64,000 bases of DNA from an uncultured Planctomycetota bacterium (GTDB lineage Bacteria; Planctomycetota; Planctomycetia; Pirellulales; Lacipirellulaceae): NCBI GenBank assembly GCA_963719315.1, contig CAVRBU010000001.1, forward strand, positions 64,001 through 128,000. The letters run 5' to 3'. Shown here piece after piece: positions 31,456-42,634 of the stretch. A model generated the notes under the pieces. The model was not told the DNA's origin, made no database searches, and saw only the letters and a program-made list of their open reading frames with translations. A program made the position numbers and the translations under genes. Positions within the stretch are counted from its first letter, which is position 1, and each line of letters begins with the position of its first letter.

Positions 31456-32795
31456 CTATTGGCCGCCGCTTCTGTCGCCAAAAAGACTGGTCTTGATCAT
31501 CCGCCACAGCGCGAGCATCAAGCTCAGCAAAACCAGGCACACGACCAGCACCGCCGGCACCAGCCAACCCGCGGCAAAAAGCTGCTGCCCCCACATCCAG
31601 ATCGGCCCCCATTGGACGACCACCGCCGCTGCTCCCAGGCATAAAAACGGTCCATACGGAATCACGTCATCGCGGCGGAACACGAACTGCGCGATGCCGG
31701 CCAGCAGCCCGGCAAACGGCGCGAGAAAGAACGCGATGAGACACGCCTGCCAACCGAGAAATGTTCCGACCATCATCATCAGCGTGACATCGCCAAAGCC
31801 CATCGCCTCGCGGCGCAACGCCGCGGTGCCGATCAATCGCACCGCCCACACGAGTCCGCCACTTCCCACCAGTCCAACGAGCGCGGTCAGCAACCCGGCC
31901 CAGTGTTTTTCAGTAAATGCCCACACGCACACGATGGCCAGCGAGCCGGATACGAGCAGCAAACGCAACGGCGGACGGGCGAATTCGCGTTGCAACCGGC
32001 TTCCAATCAATCGTAATGCGAACACCGGCCCGCGACTTCCCCGCCATATTCGCGGCGCCAGCGCGAAGCACCACAACCAGTAACAGCCGAGCCCGATGGC
32101 GAGCGACGACCACGCCCGCGGCGCGCCCCACGCCGGCGGCCACTCCTGCGGCGCAACCGCCGTCACCGGCTCCAGCCACAAACGGCCGCCCCCCGCTCCG
32201 ATCGCCGGCGCGCCATTCGGAAGCATTAGCTGCACGGCTGCGCTGCCCCGTTCCCCGGCGGTCCAGCCCGATCCGCCACATGCGGCAACAACGACATCGG
32301 CACAAGCGTCGCCAACAACAATCCCAACAACGTGCCGGTGACCGTGATCTCATCCGGGATAAGCTTTTCATCAATATCAATGAACGACGCGGCCATCATC
32401 CAACAAAAAAGAATCACGTGGCTAAGATACTGCCAATGAATGGGCCACGCCGGCGGCGCCACCGCGACCCCCTGCACCTGATCGCGAATCAAACCCAACC
32501 GATCTACTTCCCACCAATACAGCGCCGCCAGCGCAATACCAACCGCCAACTCCAGCAGCATCGGCCGCCACCAAAACCGAGCCCCATGGAACTCCGCTTC
32601 GCGGCTTAGCGCAAACCACCCAAAAATCGGCGCCCGATCCACCCACCGCCGCGGCCCAGCCCCCTCCGGCTGCCGACACCACGGCGAAATCGGCCGCGGG
32701 TTCCACGCCAGCGTATAGATGGCCCAATTGACAAATGAGCCCAGGCACGCGCCCGCGAGAAACACGATCACGAGTCGCACGCCGAGCAGTGCCAT
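31456..32795 (-). CDS. type IV prepilin peptidase (A24); frameshift near 32240
   Basis: GACLGSFVN, IDID..IPD in the first frame; EAMGFGDV, FLGWQ, IPYGPFL in the second. Confidence 0.85.
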
Positions 32796-32885
32796 TGAGA
32801 ATTCCGTTCCGCTAGCCTCTGAGATCCTGCCAACGTCAGCTTGCGGCGATCGGGGGTGCCACTCGCCGCGGCGAGTGCAGACGTA

Positions 32886-33416
32886 TCACAACCGCCGCAA
32901 GATTTCCTCCGCCGCCTCCACCGCCGTCTTCCTCTCCGTATCCACAACAAGCGTAGCACACTGGCGATACAAGGGCGTCCGTTTGGCGAGCAACGCCTCA
33001 ACTTCCTCGCGCCCGCCCGATGTCGTCAGATTCGGCCGCCGACTGGCCGTCGCGCTGTCCGCCGCCAGCCGTTCAAGGATTGTATCCGTACTGGCCGTTA
33101 ACCACACGACTGAGCCGCCCGCCCCGCAAATCGCTTGGCGATTCGCCTCTCGCAACACGGCCCCGCCACCTAGCGCGATTACCCTCTCTCGCCGGCCGGA
33201 TAGTTCCGCTACGGCATCCGCCTCCATCTCGCGAAACGCCGCTTCTCCGTCCTCCGCGAAAATTCGAGCGATCGTCTTCCCGGCCCGGGCTTCGATCACA
33301 TCGTCGGCATCAACCCAGTCGCGGCCCAACCGCGCCGCCAACTCGCGCGCCACCGTCGTCTTGCCGGTCCCGCGATAACCAATCAGAAAAATCGGCGCGC
33401 CCGTCCCAAGAGTCAT
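32886..33416 (-). CDS. aroK: shikimate kinase
   Basis: GYRGTGKT, GEAAFR, ALGGG, RRP, R.PLY. Confidence 0.95.
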   Translation of the reverse strand: MTLGTGAPIFLIGYRGTGKTTVARELAARLGRDWVDADDVIEARAGKTIARIFAEDGEAAFREMEADAVAELSGRRERVIALGGGAVLREANRQAICGAGGSVVWLTASTDTILERLAADSATASRRPNLTTSGGREEVEALLAKRTPLYRQCATLVVDTERKTAVEAAEEILRRL

Positions 33417-33467
33417 GCGAATCCATTCCCCATCACTCAACCCTCGACTCTAGACCCTCGACCATCT

Positions 33468-34958
33468 TCAATACTTTATCGGCCCAATCGCGCGTTTGAG
33501 CGTCTCCCGCATCAACGCCGACGGCGCGGCCATGCCCGTAAATAGCTGAAACTGAAGCTCGGCCTGACGAACGAACATCTCGACGCCGGTTACGGTCCTG
33601 CAGCCATGCGATTTGGCTTCCTTCAAGAGCAGCGTCGATTCCGGATTGTACACCGTGTCGAACACAATCATTGTCGGCTTCAAATTCGATTTGTTGAAGG
33701 GCGATTCGTCCACGTTGGGATGCATCCCGACCGGCGTGCAATTCACTAGAATGTCGGCCACGGTGTGGCGTGCCGACCATTCCACGCATTTGCCTCCGAA
33801 CGTGTCGGCCAATAGCTGAGCCCGCGATCGGGTGCGGCCAGCGATTGTCGCCTTGGCGCCCCGCCGTTGCAATCCATACATGATCGCGCGGGCTACGCCA
33901 CCGGCCCCCAATACGAGCACTTTCTTGTCCTGCAAAGGACTCGGCGTTCCGGGGGGCACTGCGCCGCCAAGCGCATTCTCCAAACAATCCATCGCCGCCT
34001 TATAGTCCGTGTTGTAGCCCAACACTTCTTCATCCTTGAACAACACCGTATTGACCGCCCCAATCCCCTTCACCGCCGGATCGACCTTCGTGAGAAACTT
34101 CGCGATCGCTTCCTTGTGCGGAATCGTCACGCTCAAGCCTTTGATCCCCAATCGCGTGACGTCTTCCATGAACTGGCCCAGTACGTCGTACGGCACGCGA
34201 AACGGCACGTAGACTGCATCAATGCCGACCGCCCCGAAAGCGGCGTTATGAATCTGCGGGCTGAGGCTGTGCCCCACCGGATCGGCCACCACGCCGTACA
34301 CTGCCGTCTCTGGCCCAATGCTGTTGTGCCGATACACGTTCACCATCTGGTCGTAGCTGAGCTGCCCCGGCGCAAGCGCCCGCTCGTGATGGAACGTGGC
34401 ATAGGTGAACGGCGCCCCGAACTTGGGGCCTAATATCCGCGACGGTGTGCCGATATCTCCCATGCACATGCCGATCGTCGGGCAATCGCTCTCTTGCATC
34501 ATTTCCAGCACGCGCAGATTATCGTGCGGCTGATTGGCCATCGTCGCGATCTTCACGATATCTGCGTCCAGCGCCTTCAGTTTTGCGTGCAGCTCGCGCA
34601 AGTTTTCCGGCGTATTGCGAAAGCTGTGGTAGCTGACGATCCGCTTCGTCTTCCCGAACCGCGGAATCTTGCTCGCGACGTCGTCTTCTAAATCGATGTA
34701 CTCAACGCCATTGGCGATCGCCTCGCGAAGCATCATCAGTCGCGTCTCTTCGCTGCCCGTGTACTTGCCGCCATCTTGTTCCCGGCGCACCGTGATCACC
34801 GTCTCGCACGGCCGATCCTTGACCAGCCGCTGAATGTTCACGCGCGAGTTGATATAGTCCAGCCGCAACTCGACCAACTCCGCCCCCTGCTCGACCAGGT
34901 GCGCGAACTCGGCCAGCATGTGCTTATGTCGGCTGCGACCAATACTGACGCAAATCAT
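33468..34958 (-). CDS. aroDE: bifunctional type I 3-dehydroquinate dehydratase / shikimate dehydrogenase
   Basis: VELRLD, VSYH, APGQ; then HSLSP, SVTIPHK, GAVNT, NTD, GAGG. Confidence 0.95.
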   Translation of the reverse strand: MICVSIGRSRHKHMLAEFAHLVEQGAELVELRLDYINSRVNIQRLVKDRPCETVITVRREQDGGKYTGSEETRLMMLREAIANGVEYIDLEDDVASKIPRFGKTKRIVSYHSFRNTPENLRELHAKLKALDADIVKIATMANQPHDNLRVLEMMQESDCPTIGMCMGDIGTPSRILGPKFGAPFTYATFHHERALAPGQLSYDQMVNVYRHNSIGPETAVYGVVADPVGHSLSPQIHNAAFGAVGIDAVYVPFRVPYDVLGQFMEDVTRLGIKGLSVTIPHKEAIAKFLTKVDPAVKGIGAVNTVLFKDEEVLGYNTDYKAAMDCLENALGGAVPPGTPSPLQDKKVLVLGAGGVARAIMYGLQRRGAKATIAGRTRSRAQLLADTFGGKCVEWSARHTVADILVNCTPVGMHPNVDESPFNKSNLKPTMIVFDTVYNPESTLLLKEAKSHGCRTVTGVEMFVRQAELQFQLFTGMAAPSALMRETLKRAIGPIKY

Positions 34959-35096
34959 GGTGAAGAGGGGCAGAGGTCGGGAGGAGTGACTTCGGATAGC
35001 GGATTAGGCCAGTTTCATTCGCATCCCGCAATCCGAAGTCCGCAATAAATCGAGTTTTACCGCCAGCATCTATTGTGGTCTACGCTCGCGCCCGCA

Positions 35097-37004
35097 TCAA
35101 ATCCGCTTGAACTGCCGGTCCAAATCTTCCCGCGTGAAGGTCAGGGCGGTTGGCCGGCCGTGCGGGCAATGATGCTGGTCCTGCGCCAAATGCCGCTGGG
35201 CCAGGAGTGCCTCGACCTCTTCCGGCGTCAGGCGGTCGCCGAATTTTACCGCCGCCTTGCAGGCGATCATGTGGAGCAGCTCATCCAGCAAATCCCGGGC
35301 GTCCGGTTGCCGGCCCCCAGCCAGAAGCTTTTCGACCAATTCCCGCAGCACCTCGGCCGGGCTAAGATTGGCCAGCATCGCCGGATAGCTAGAAACCAGC
35401 ACCGTCTCTCCGCCAAACGGCTGCACCTCGACGCCAAGTTGCGCGAGCAACTCCGAATGCTCCAGAGCGGCCGCCGCTTCCGTTGCCGTCAAGTCCACCG
35501 GCTCCGGCACCAGCAGTTTTTGCGACTCCAACGCACCGGCGAGCACCTTCTCGCGTATCTGCTCATACAGAATCCGCTCATGCAGCGCATGCTGGTCGAT
35601 GACCTCGATTCCTGCGTTCGTTTCCACGACCAAATATCGATTGTGCACCTGCAAAGCATTCTGCGGCCCCTCTGAGGCGCGCACCGTATGGGCCTCATCC
35701 AGCCGCGAACTTGCAGTTTGCCGGTTCTGCGATGCCGCCTCATCCGAATCTCGCTCCGCTTTGCCGATATCAAACGGCCGCACCGCAGGTTGATCCAATC
35801 GATGCAACCGCAACGGTTCTTGGTCTGGAAAGGGAATGAAGTCGTCGCTTGCCGCGCGCCCCTGCGTCGGCGAAGCTCCCATCGACGCCTCCGTCGTCTG
35901 TCGCCCCAGTTGCTCCTTCGCCCAGTTCACCAACTCACTCGCGCCAGTGGTCGCCGATTCCTTTTCGCCAAAACTCGTGCCGAGGGGCGCTGGCGTCGCG
36001 CCCCGCACGTGCAAATCGGTCGTCAAAAACTTCGTCCTCAGCGTCCCCAACAGCAAACTGTACAGCCGCCCTGAGTCTTGAAACCGCACCTCCTGCTTCG
36101 TCGGATGTACGTTCACATCCACGAGGTCTGCCGGCATTTCGAGCCGCAGAAAACAAATCGGTTGCCGACCCGTCAGCAAAAGTCCTCGATACGCCTCGCC
36201 CAGCGCGTGCTGCAGCGCGCGGTCGCGAATCGCCCGGCCGTTGAGAAACAGGTATTGCATCCGCCCCGTCGCCCGGCTGTGCATCGGGTTGGCAACGAAG
36301 CCGTCAAGCGACACGCCCTCATTCGCGCTACGGACTTCGATCAAATCGTTCGCCAATTCGTCCCCGAAAAACGCCGTGATGCGATCGCGCAGATTCGCCA
36401 CCGGCGGCAAATCGTGAACCGTCCGCCCGTTGTGCGCGAGCGTGAAATGGATCTGCGGATGCGCAAGCGCCAGTCGCGTCACCGCCTCGATCGCATGCCC
36501 CATCTCAGTCTGTGGCGACCGCATGAACTTGTGCCGCACTGGCGTATTGAAGAACAGATTCCGCACTTCAATCTTCGTACCCACCGGGCAACCGACCGGC
36601 GCCACTTCGCTTGCCGAGCCGCCCACGACTTCCAATTCGGCCCCACTTTGGCCCTCAGCCGCTCGGCTTCGTATCGCCAACCGGCTCACTTCCGCGATCG
36701 ATGCCAGCGCCTCGCCGCGGAAACCCAGTGTCTTCACCGAAAACAAGTCGTCGGCCGAACGGATCTTGCTCGTCGCATGGCTCGCCACCGCCAGCGGCAA
36801 CTGCTCGGCCGCGATGCCGCAGCCATTATCGGCCACGCGAATGACTTCACTGCCGCCCTTTTCCAGCGTCACGTCGATCCGCGTCGCCCCGGCATCCACC
36901 GAGTTTTCTAACAACTCCTTCAGCACGCTCGCCGGCCTCTCGATCACTTCGCCCGCAGCAATCTTATTCACCACGCTCGTCGATAGTTGCTGGATGTTCG
37001 GCAT
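35097..37004 (-). CDS. mutL: DNA mismatch repair endonuclease MutL
   Basis: IAAGEVIERP, GFRGEAL, DQHALHER, ACK, CPHGRP. Confidence 0.98.
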   Translation of the reverse strand: MPNIQQLSTSVVNKIAAGEVIERPASVLKELLENSVDAGATRIDVTLEKGGSEVIRVADNGCGIAAEQLPLAVASHATSKIRSADDLFSVKTLGFRGEALASIAEVSRLAIRSRAAEGQSGAELEVVGGSASEVAPVGCPVGTKIEVRNLFFNTPVRHKFMRSPQTEMGHAIEAVTRLALAHPQIHFTLAHNGRTVHDLPPVANLRDRITAFFGDELANDLIEVRSANEGVSLDGFVANPMHSRATGRMQYLFLNGRAIRDRALQHALGEAYRGLLLTGRQPICFLRLEMPADLVDVNVHPTKQEVRFQDSGRLYSLLLGTLRTKFLTTDLHVRGATPAPLGTSFGEKESATTGASELVNWAKEQLGRQTTEASMGASPTQGRAASDDFIPFPDQEPLRLHRLDQPAVRPFDIGKAERDSDEAASQNRQTASSRLDEAHTVRASEGPQNALQVHNRYLVVETNAGIEVIDQHALHERILYEQIREKVLAGALESQKLLVPEPVDLTATEAAAALEHSELLAQLGVEVQPFGGETVLVSSYPAMLANLSPAEVLRELVEKLLAGGRQPDARDLLDELLHMIACKAAVKFGDRLTPEEVEALLAQRHLAQDQHHCPHGRPTALTFTREDLDRQFKRI

Positions 37005-37029
37005 AACGCGACACGATCAGTAGAAAGAG

Positions 37030-37113
37030 ATTTGTCATTGCAAAGTTGTCATTTGTCATTGGCCATTTCTGAATTGACCAATTTCAAATGACCAATTACC
37101 AATGACAAATCAT
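37030..37113. repeat. inverted heptamer arrays (TTGTCAT / AATGAC)
   Basis: tttgtcattg..ttgtcatttgtcattgg / tgaccaat..aatgaccaattaccaatgacaaat. Confidence 0.75.
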
Positions 37114-37120
37114 TTTGAAG

Positions 37121-38524
37121 TTAAGACAGTCCATATTCCTTAATCTTCCGATACAGCGTCCGCTCGCCGATGCCCAGCATGCTGGCCGCCTCCTCGCGAT
37201 TGCCGCCGGTCACGCGCAGCGTTTCGCCGATGAACAGCGCTTCAATCTCCGCCATCGACTTGCCTACCAATTCGTGCATGCCGTCGGTGCCCGCGGCTGC
37301 GACGGGTTCCCCGGTCGGCGGGGCGAGCTCGTCCGGAAGATCATCAAGGTCCAGCACTTCGTCGATATCCACGACCACCATGCTCTCGATCACGTTCCGC
37401 AACTGCCGCACGTTGCCCGGCCAATCGAATGCCAACAACCGCCGCCGGGCTGCGGTCGAAATGCCGCGAATCGACTTCTGATGCCGCTTGGAGTGCTCCT
37501 TTACGAAGTAATCAACGAGCAGCGGAATGTCCTCGCGTCGCTCCACGAGCCGCGGCAAATTGATCGTCACTACCTTGAGGCGATGGTACAAATCCTCGCG
37601 AAACGTGCCGGCCTCGATCGCCTTTTCTAAATCGCGATTCGTCGCCGAGACGATGCGCACGTTCACGCGCACCGGCTCGTTCGACCCGACCCGCGTGATC
37701 TCGCCGCTTTCCAGCACGCGGAGCAGCTTGATCTGCGTCGGGATCGGCATGTCGCCGACTTCGTCCAAAAACAGCGTGCCGCCATCCGCGTATTCGAACT
37801 TCCCTTGCCGATCGCTCGACGCATCGGTGAACGCCCCGCGTATGTGCCCGAACAATTCGCTTTCCAGGATATGCTCGCTGAGCGCCGCACAATTGAGTGG
37901 CACGAATGGCCGCTTCTTCCGCGGGCTGTTCTGGTGAATCGCCTTGGCCACTAACTCTTTGCCGGTGCCCGTTTCACCTTGGATCAGAATCGTGGCGTCC
38001 GTCGGCGCGATTCGCTGCAACCGCGTCACGACATCGTGCATTTGCGGGCTATTGCCGATGACGCCCTCGAAGCCGAACCGCTCATCTAGCCGCCGATGCA
38101 GTTCCGCGTTCGCCCGCCGCAGGTATTGGCTGCGGGCCGCGTTTTCCACCACGGCCCGCAGTTGCTTCAAATCGAGCGGCTTCAAGAGATAATTGAATGC
38201 CCCGCGCTGCATTGCCTCGACCGCCGACTCGATCGTGCCATGCCCCGTGACCAGCACAATCTCCGCATCCGGCTGCAATTCCTTGCATTTGGCCAGCACT
38301 TCGAGCCCGCCGACGTCCGGCATTTTCAAATCGGTAACCACGATCTCGAACGTAGTCGATTCCAGCAGCGAAATCGCCTCCCGCCCTCCGCCCGCCACCG
38401 TGCACGCGAACCCTACGCTCCGCAAACTATCGGCCATCGCCTCCGCATGGGCTAAATCGTTATCAACGACCAGCACCTGAATCGGCGGTCCGGCACTGGC
38501 GGCAGTCGAGGGCTTGGGAGGCAT
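37121..38524 (-). CDS. sigma54-dependent NtrC-family response regulator
   Basis: [38 protein letters not shown], Fis HTH. Confidence 0.95.
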   Translation of the reverse strand: MPPKPSTAASAGPPIQVLVVDNDLAHAEAMADSLRSVGFACTVAGGGREAISLLESTTFEIVVTDLKMPDVGGLEVLAKCKELQPDAEIVLVTGHGTIESAVEAMQRGAFNYLLKPLDLKQLRAVVENAARSQYLRRANAELHRRLDERFGFEGVIGNSPQMHDVVTRLQRIAPTDATILIQGETGTGKELVAKAIHQNSPRKKRPFVPLNCAALSEHILESELFGHIRGAFTDASSDRQGKFEYADGGTLFLDEVGDMPIPTQIKLLRVLESGEITRVGSNEPVRVNVRIVSATNRDLEKAIEAGTFREDLYHRLKVVTINLPRLVERREDIPLLVDYFVKEHSKRHQKSIRGISTAARRRLLAFDWPGNVRQLRNVIESMVVVDIDEVLDLDDLPDELAPPTGEPVAAAGTDGMHELVGKSMAEIEALFIGETLRVTGGNREEAASMLGIGERTLYRKIKEYGLS

Positions 38525-38653
38525 GAATCGATGATACCGTTAGGCCACGGGCACCGGAAAGGGGCGACATAGCACAAGTCAAACTGTACGGCGTACTCTG
38601 TACACGAGTACGCCGCTAACGCGGAGCGCCAACCCACCGACCGATTGCTGACG

Positions 38654-39427
38654 TTATTTCTCACCGCCCGCCAGCCGCGCCGGCACCGGCAGCTCGATCG
38701 TGATCTGCGTGCCGTGTCCCAGTTCGCTTTGCACACCTATCCGCCCGCCGTGGGCATCGATGATCTTTTGCGTCGTCGGTAGTCCCAGGCCCGTCCCATT
38801 CGGCTTCGTGGAAAAAAACGCTTCGAACATTCGCGACGCCGTTGCCTCGTTCATTCCGCAACCCGTGTCGATCAAATGCACGACGACCATATCGCTTTTC
38901 GCCGCCGTGCGCACGACAAGCTCCCCACCCTCGGGCATGGCTTGCTTGGCATTGATGATCAGATTCAAGAGTGCCTGCCGAAACGCCTCGCGATCCAGCA
39001 TCACTCGCGGCAATTCCGGGTCGAGATAACGCACGATCTCGACGCCGGCGTCCTTGGCCTCGGGCGCGAAGAACTCGAGCGCGTCGGCAATCTGATAATT
39101 CAGATCCGACGATTGCAATTGGAGCCGCCGTACCTTGGCGAAGTTAAGGAATTCATCGAGTAACGACTGCAACCGCTGACATTCGCGGCGGACCACTTCC
39201 ACTCGCTTCAGCGACCGCCGCACGACGGGCGACTCGGCTTCGCCCATGTCCTCGGCCAACAACTCCATGTTGAGCCGAATCGTCGACAGCGGGTTCTTGA
39301 TCTCGTGCGCCAGCCCCCCCGCCAACTGCGCAATCTCCGTGTACTGATCCATCAACCGCTGGACGGTAGCAGCGGAGTCATCGGGAGGCATTGCCACGCT
39401 CGGTTGCCGGATCGACATGGCAGACAA
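38654..39427 (-). CDS. cytoplasmic histidine kinase (HisKA + HATPase, no sensor domain)
   Basis: LAHEIKNPL, NLIINA, DTGCG, FFSTK, GTGLGL. Confidence 0.92.
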   Translation of the reverse strand: MSAMSIRQPSVAMPPDDSAATVQRLMDQYTEIAQLAGGLAHEIKNPLSTIRLNMELLAEDMGEAESPVVRRSLKRVEVVRRECQRLQSLLDEFLNFAKVRRLQLQSSDLNYQIADALEFFAPEAKDAGVEIVRYLDPELPRVMLDREAFRQALLNLIINAKQAMPEGGELVVRTAAKSDMVVVHLIDTGCGMNEATASRMFEAFFSTKPNGTGLGLPTTQKIIDAHGGRIGVQSELGHGTQITIELPVPARLAGGEK

Positions 39428-39494
39428 AGATAATTAGAGGGGGAGACAAGGAGATTCGATCGAAATCCTCTCCTCGTCTCCTTGTCTTTTCGAA

Positions 39495-41618
39495 CTACGG
39501 CGTGCCGTCGCCATTCGACTCAGCCGTTGCCATCTCGCGCATTGCCGCCTTGCGGCTCAGTTTCACGCGATCTTGCTCGTCCACGGCGATCACCTTGACC
39601 ATCATCGTATCGCCCACGCGGCAGACATCGCCGACGCTCGACACGTAGTCATCGGCCAGCTCGCTGATGTGGCACAAGCCGTCTTTGCCGGGCAGAATCT
39701 CCACGAACGCGCCAAAATCTTTCACGCTCGTTACGGTGCCCTCGTAAATCCGGCCAACCTGCACGCTGGCCGTCATCGCCTCGACGCGGCCCAGCGCTCG
39801 CTTGACCGATTCTTCGTCGGCGCCCGCGATCGTCACGGTGCCGTCTTCCTCGACGTCGATCGTCACGCCATGATCTTCCTGAATGCCGCGAATATTCTTG
39901 CCGCCGGGGCCGATGAGCAAGCCGATCTTTTCCGGATCGATTTTCGTGCGGGCCAAGCGCGGTGCGCTGGGCGACGTATTCGGCCGCGGCCGTGGAATCG
40001 TCGAGAGCATCGACCGCAAGATCTCCATCCGCGCTTCGCGTGACTGGGCCAGCGTCGCCTTCACGATCTCTTCGCTGATGCCCCGCGTCTTGAGGTCCAA
40101 TTGGATGCCCGTGATGCCGTTCTGAGTGCCGGCGATCTTGAAATCCATGTCGCCATAGTGGTCCTCGTCGCCGATGATGTCGGTCAGCAGCACCCACTGG
40201 TCGCCCTCCTTCACCAAGCCGGTCGAAATTCCGGCCACCGGGTTCGTGATCGGCACGCCCGCTGCCATCAGTCCCAACGTCGCGCCGCACACGCTGGCCA
40301 TCGAACTCGAACCGTTCGATTCCAGAATGTCCGAGATGACGCGAATCGTGTACGGGAACTCGTCGTGCGACGGCAGAACCGGGTTCACGCTCCGCTCGGC
40401 CAGCATGCCGTGACCAATCTCGCGTCGCCCCGGACCGCGAATCGGGCGAACCTCACCCACGGAGAACGACGGGAAGTTGTAATCCAACATGAAATGCTTC
40501 GAGTATTCCTCGAACAGCCCGTCCACGCGTTGCTCGTCCCGGCCCGTGCCGAGCGCCACCGTCACCAAAGCCTGCGTCTCGCCGCGCTGGAACAACGCCG
40601 AACCGTGTACCCGCGGCAGCAAATCCACTTCGCAGTAGATCTCCCGCAACGCCTTGTTTCCGCGGCCGTCCGATCGCGTGCCGCTCAAGATCAAGTCGCG
40701 TACCACACGCTCTTCCAAGGCGTGCCATGCCTTGTTGAACGAATCAGCCGTCGGCGCGCCTTCCGCCTTCGGATCGGGAATCGCTTCCGCGAGCGCTTGC
40801 GTCTTGAGCAGCGATACCGCTTCGGCCCGCGCGTGCTTGCCTTCGGTTCGCTTGGCGTCCTTAAGCCGATCGTACATCGTGCTTCGCAACCGATCGTACA
40901 GCCCGTCGTTTGCCGGCGGCGCGAATTCCATCTTCTTTACGCCGACCTTGTCGATTAGCTCCTGCTGCAAATCGCACAACTCGCGCACGTATTTTTGAGC
41001 CTCATTCAGCGCTTCGAGCATGCGGTCCTCGCGCATCTCGCGCGAAAATCCCTCGATCATCAGCACGGCATCCCGCGTGCCAGAGACGATCAGGTCCAAC
41101 TCGCTTACCTCCAGTTCATCGTGCGTCGGGAACGGAACGAAGCGGCCGTCCACCAGCCCTAGCCGCACTGCCCCTAGCGGCCCCTCGAACGGCAGCGGAG
41201 AAATGCACAGCGCCGCCGACGAGCCAATCATGGCCAGCACGTCGCCGTCCATTTGCCTGTCGCTGGAGAGCACGAAGCTCTGGATTTGAACCTCGTCGTT
41301 GAAGCCCTCGGCGAACATCGGCCGAATGGGCCGGTCGATCAGCCGCGACGTGAGCGTTTCCTTGGTCGTCGGCCGGCCTTCGCGCTTCAAAAAACCGCCC
41401 GGGAACTTGCCGGCCGCCGCTTGCCGCTCGCGGTAATCGCACGTCAGCGGAAAATAATCCATCCCCGGTCGGGCCGGGCCCGTCGCCGCCGCGCTTAGCG
41501 TGACGGTCTCCCCATACTGCACCAAACACGCTCCCGCCGCCTGCTTGGCCAGCGCCCCGGTCTCGATGCTCAGAACATGCTTACCAATCTGCCGTTCGAC
41601 TCGAATTCGCTTTAACAT
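39495..41618 (-). CDS. pnp: polyribonucleotide nucleotidyltransferase
   Basis: RLIDRPIRP, RREIGHG, ESNGSSSMAS, GDMDFK, KH and S1 domains. Confidence 0.98.
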   Translation of the reverse strand: MLKRIRVERQIGKHVLSIETGALAKQAAGACLVQYGETVTLSAAATGPARPGMDYFPLTCDYRERQAAAGKFPGGFLKREGRPTTKETLTSRLIDRPIRPMFAEGFNDEVQIQSFVLSSDRQMDGDVLAMIGSSAALCISPLPFEGPLGAVRLGLVDGRFVPFPTHDELEVSELDLIVSGTRDAVLMIEGFSREMREDRMLEALNEAQKYVRELCDLQQELIDKVGVKKMEFAPPANDGLYDRLRSTMYDRLKDAKRTEGKHARAEAVSLLKTQALAEAIPDPKAEGAPTADSFNKAWHALEERVVRDLILSGTRSDGRGNKALREIYCEVDLLPRVHGSALFQRGETQALVTVALGTGRDEQRVDGLFEEYSKHFMLDYNFPSFSVGEVRPIRGPGRREIGHGMLAERSVNPVLPSHDEFPYTIRVISDILESNGSSSMASVCGATLGLMAAGVPITNPVAGISTGLVKEGDQWVLLTDIIGDEDHYGDMDFKIAGTQNGITGIQLDLKTRGISEEIVKATLAQSREARMEILRSMLSTIPRPRPNTSPSAPRLARTKIDPEKIGLLIGPGGKNIRGIQEDHGVTIDVEEDGTVTIAGADEESVKRALGRVEAMTASVQVGRIYEGTVTSVKDFGAFVEILPGKDGLCHISELADDYVSSVGDVCRVGDTMMVKVIAVDEQDRVKLSRKAAMREMATAESNGDGTP

Positions 41619-41686
41619 TCTCTTCCTTTACTTTCCCAAAAAATTGATATTTGTGTCGGTTGCCCCGGCTTGCTGCCGGCTGCTTC

Positions 41687-41711
41687 GGGGTGCCACTGGC
41701 TCTGCCAGTGC
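41687..41711. repeat. small hairpin repeat shared with ~28679-28702
   Basis: gggtgccactggctctgccagtgc versus gggtgccacaggctccgccagtgc. Confidence 0.65.
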
Positions 41712-41817
41712 CAAACGGCAACTCGCCTTGCCGAACCAAAAGTTGGAATCTTGCGCGGCCAACATCGTCCGGCAGAAAACGCGCAAATTACGCCAGAGTG
41801 GCGGAGACAAAAAGAAT

Positions 41818-41895
41818 AGTGGAGTAGAGGAGCAGTGGAGAAGTGGAGTAGCCGACGCTTCGAACCTACTCCACTACTCCTCTACTCCGCTACCG
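41818..41895. repeat. inverted octamer arrays (GTGGAGTA / TACTCCAC) between rpsO and pnp
   Basis: agtggagtagaggagcagtggagaagtggagtag / ctactccactactcctctactccgctac. Confidence 0.85.
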
Positions 41896-41906
41896 CTCTA
41901 ATCCTT

Positions 41907-42176
41907 CTACTTCCGAATCTCCAGACGCCGCAACAGCTCGAGATACTTCTCGGGATTGATTCGCTTAACGTAATCCAACAGCCGCCGCCGCCGGCTGACC
42001 ATCCCCAACAAACCACGCCGACTGGCGTAGTCCTTGGAGTGCAATTTCAAATGGTCGGTCATCTGGGCGATCCGAGAGGTGAGCAGCGCAATCTGGATTT
42101 CCGGAGAGCCCGAATCCGAGGCTCCGCGGCCAAATTCACCCTTCAGTTGCTGTTTCCGCTCTTTCGTTAGTTCCAT
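41907..42176 (-). CDS. rpsO: 30S ribosomal protein S15
   Basis: DSGSPEIQIALLT, HSKDYASRRGLL; canonical rpsO-pnp order. Confidence 0.98.
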   Translation of the reverse strand: MELTKERKQQLKGEFGRGASDSGSPEIQIALLTSRIAQMTDHLKLHSKDYASRRGLLGMVSRRRRLLDYVKRINPEKYLELLRRLEIRK

Positions 42177-42634
42177 GACTTTTCCCGTGTGCATCCGGCC
42201 GCCAAACCCGTCGGCCGCCGGATCATCTCGCTCTGGTGCGCTGCATACTCCAAGCCAGTCTGGCCGTAGCTGAATTCGCAAGAATTCAGTTTTACTTCAT
42301 CCGACCGGACATGGCTATTCTGCCTAAGCTGACACCAACTCCTTCTGACTTCCGCGGCAGCCCTTCTACCGCTGTAACCTAAAAACTACTTACCACTTGC
42401 GACAATTATCGCTGCTTAAACACCTTAGTCTAAGGATTGGCCCGCCGATTGCAACCGCAAATTCCCTGGAAGCTTCGGGCGGTGATCGAGGAGCCGGAAA
42501 AACCTCAGTTCTCGCTCTCCTTTTGAGAGTTGGCCGGCTTGCTCGGAACTCGCCATGGCGAGTTGAGATTGCGTTACCCCACTCCCCACTCCCTTTTTTG
42601 CCTCCCACCATCGTAGCGCGGTATCCTACCCGCC

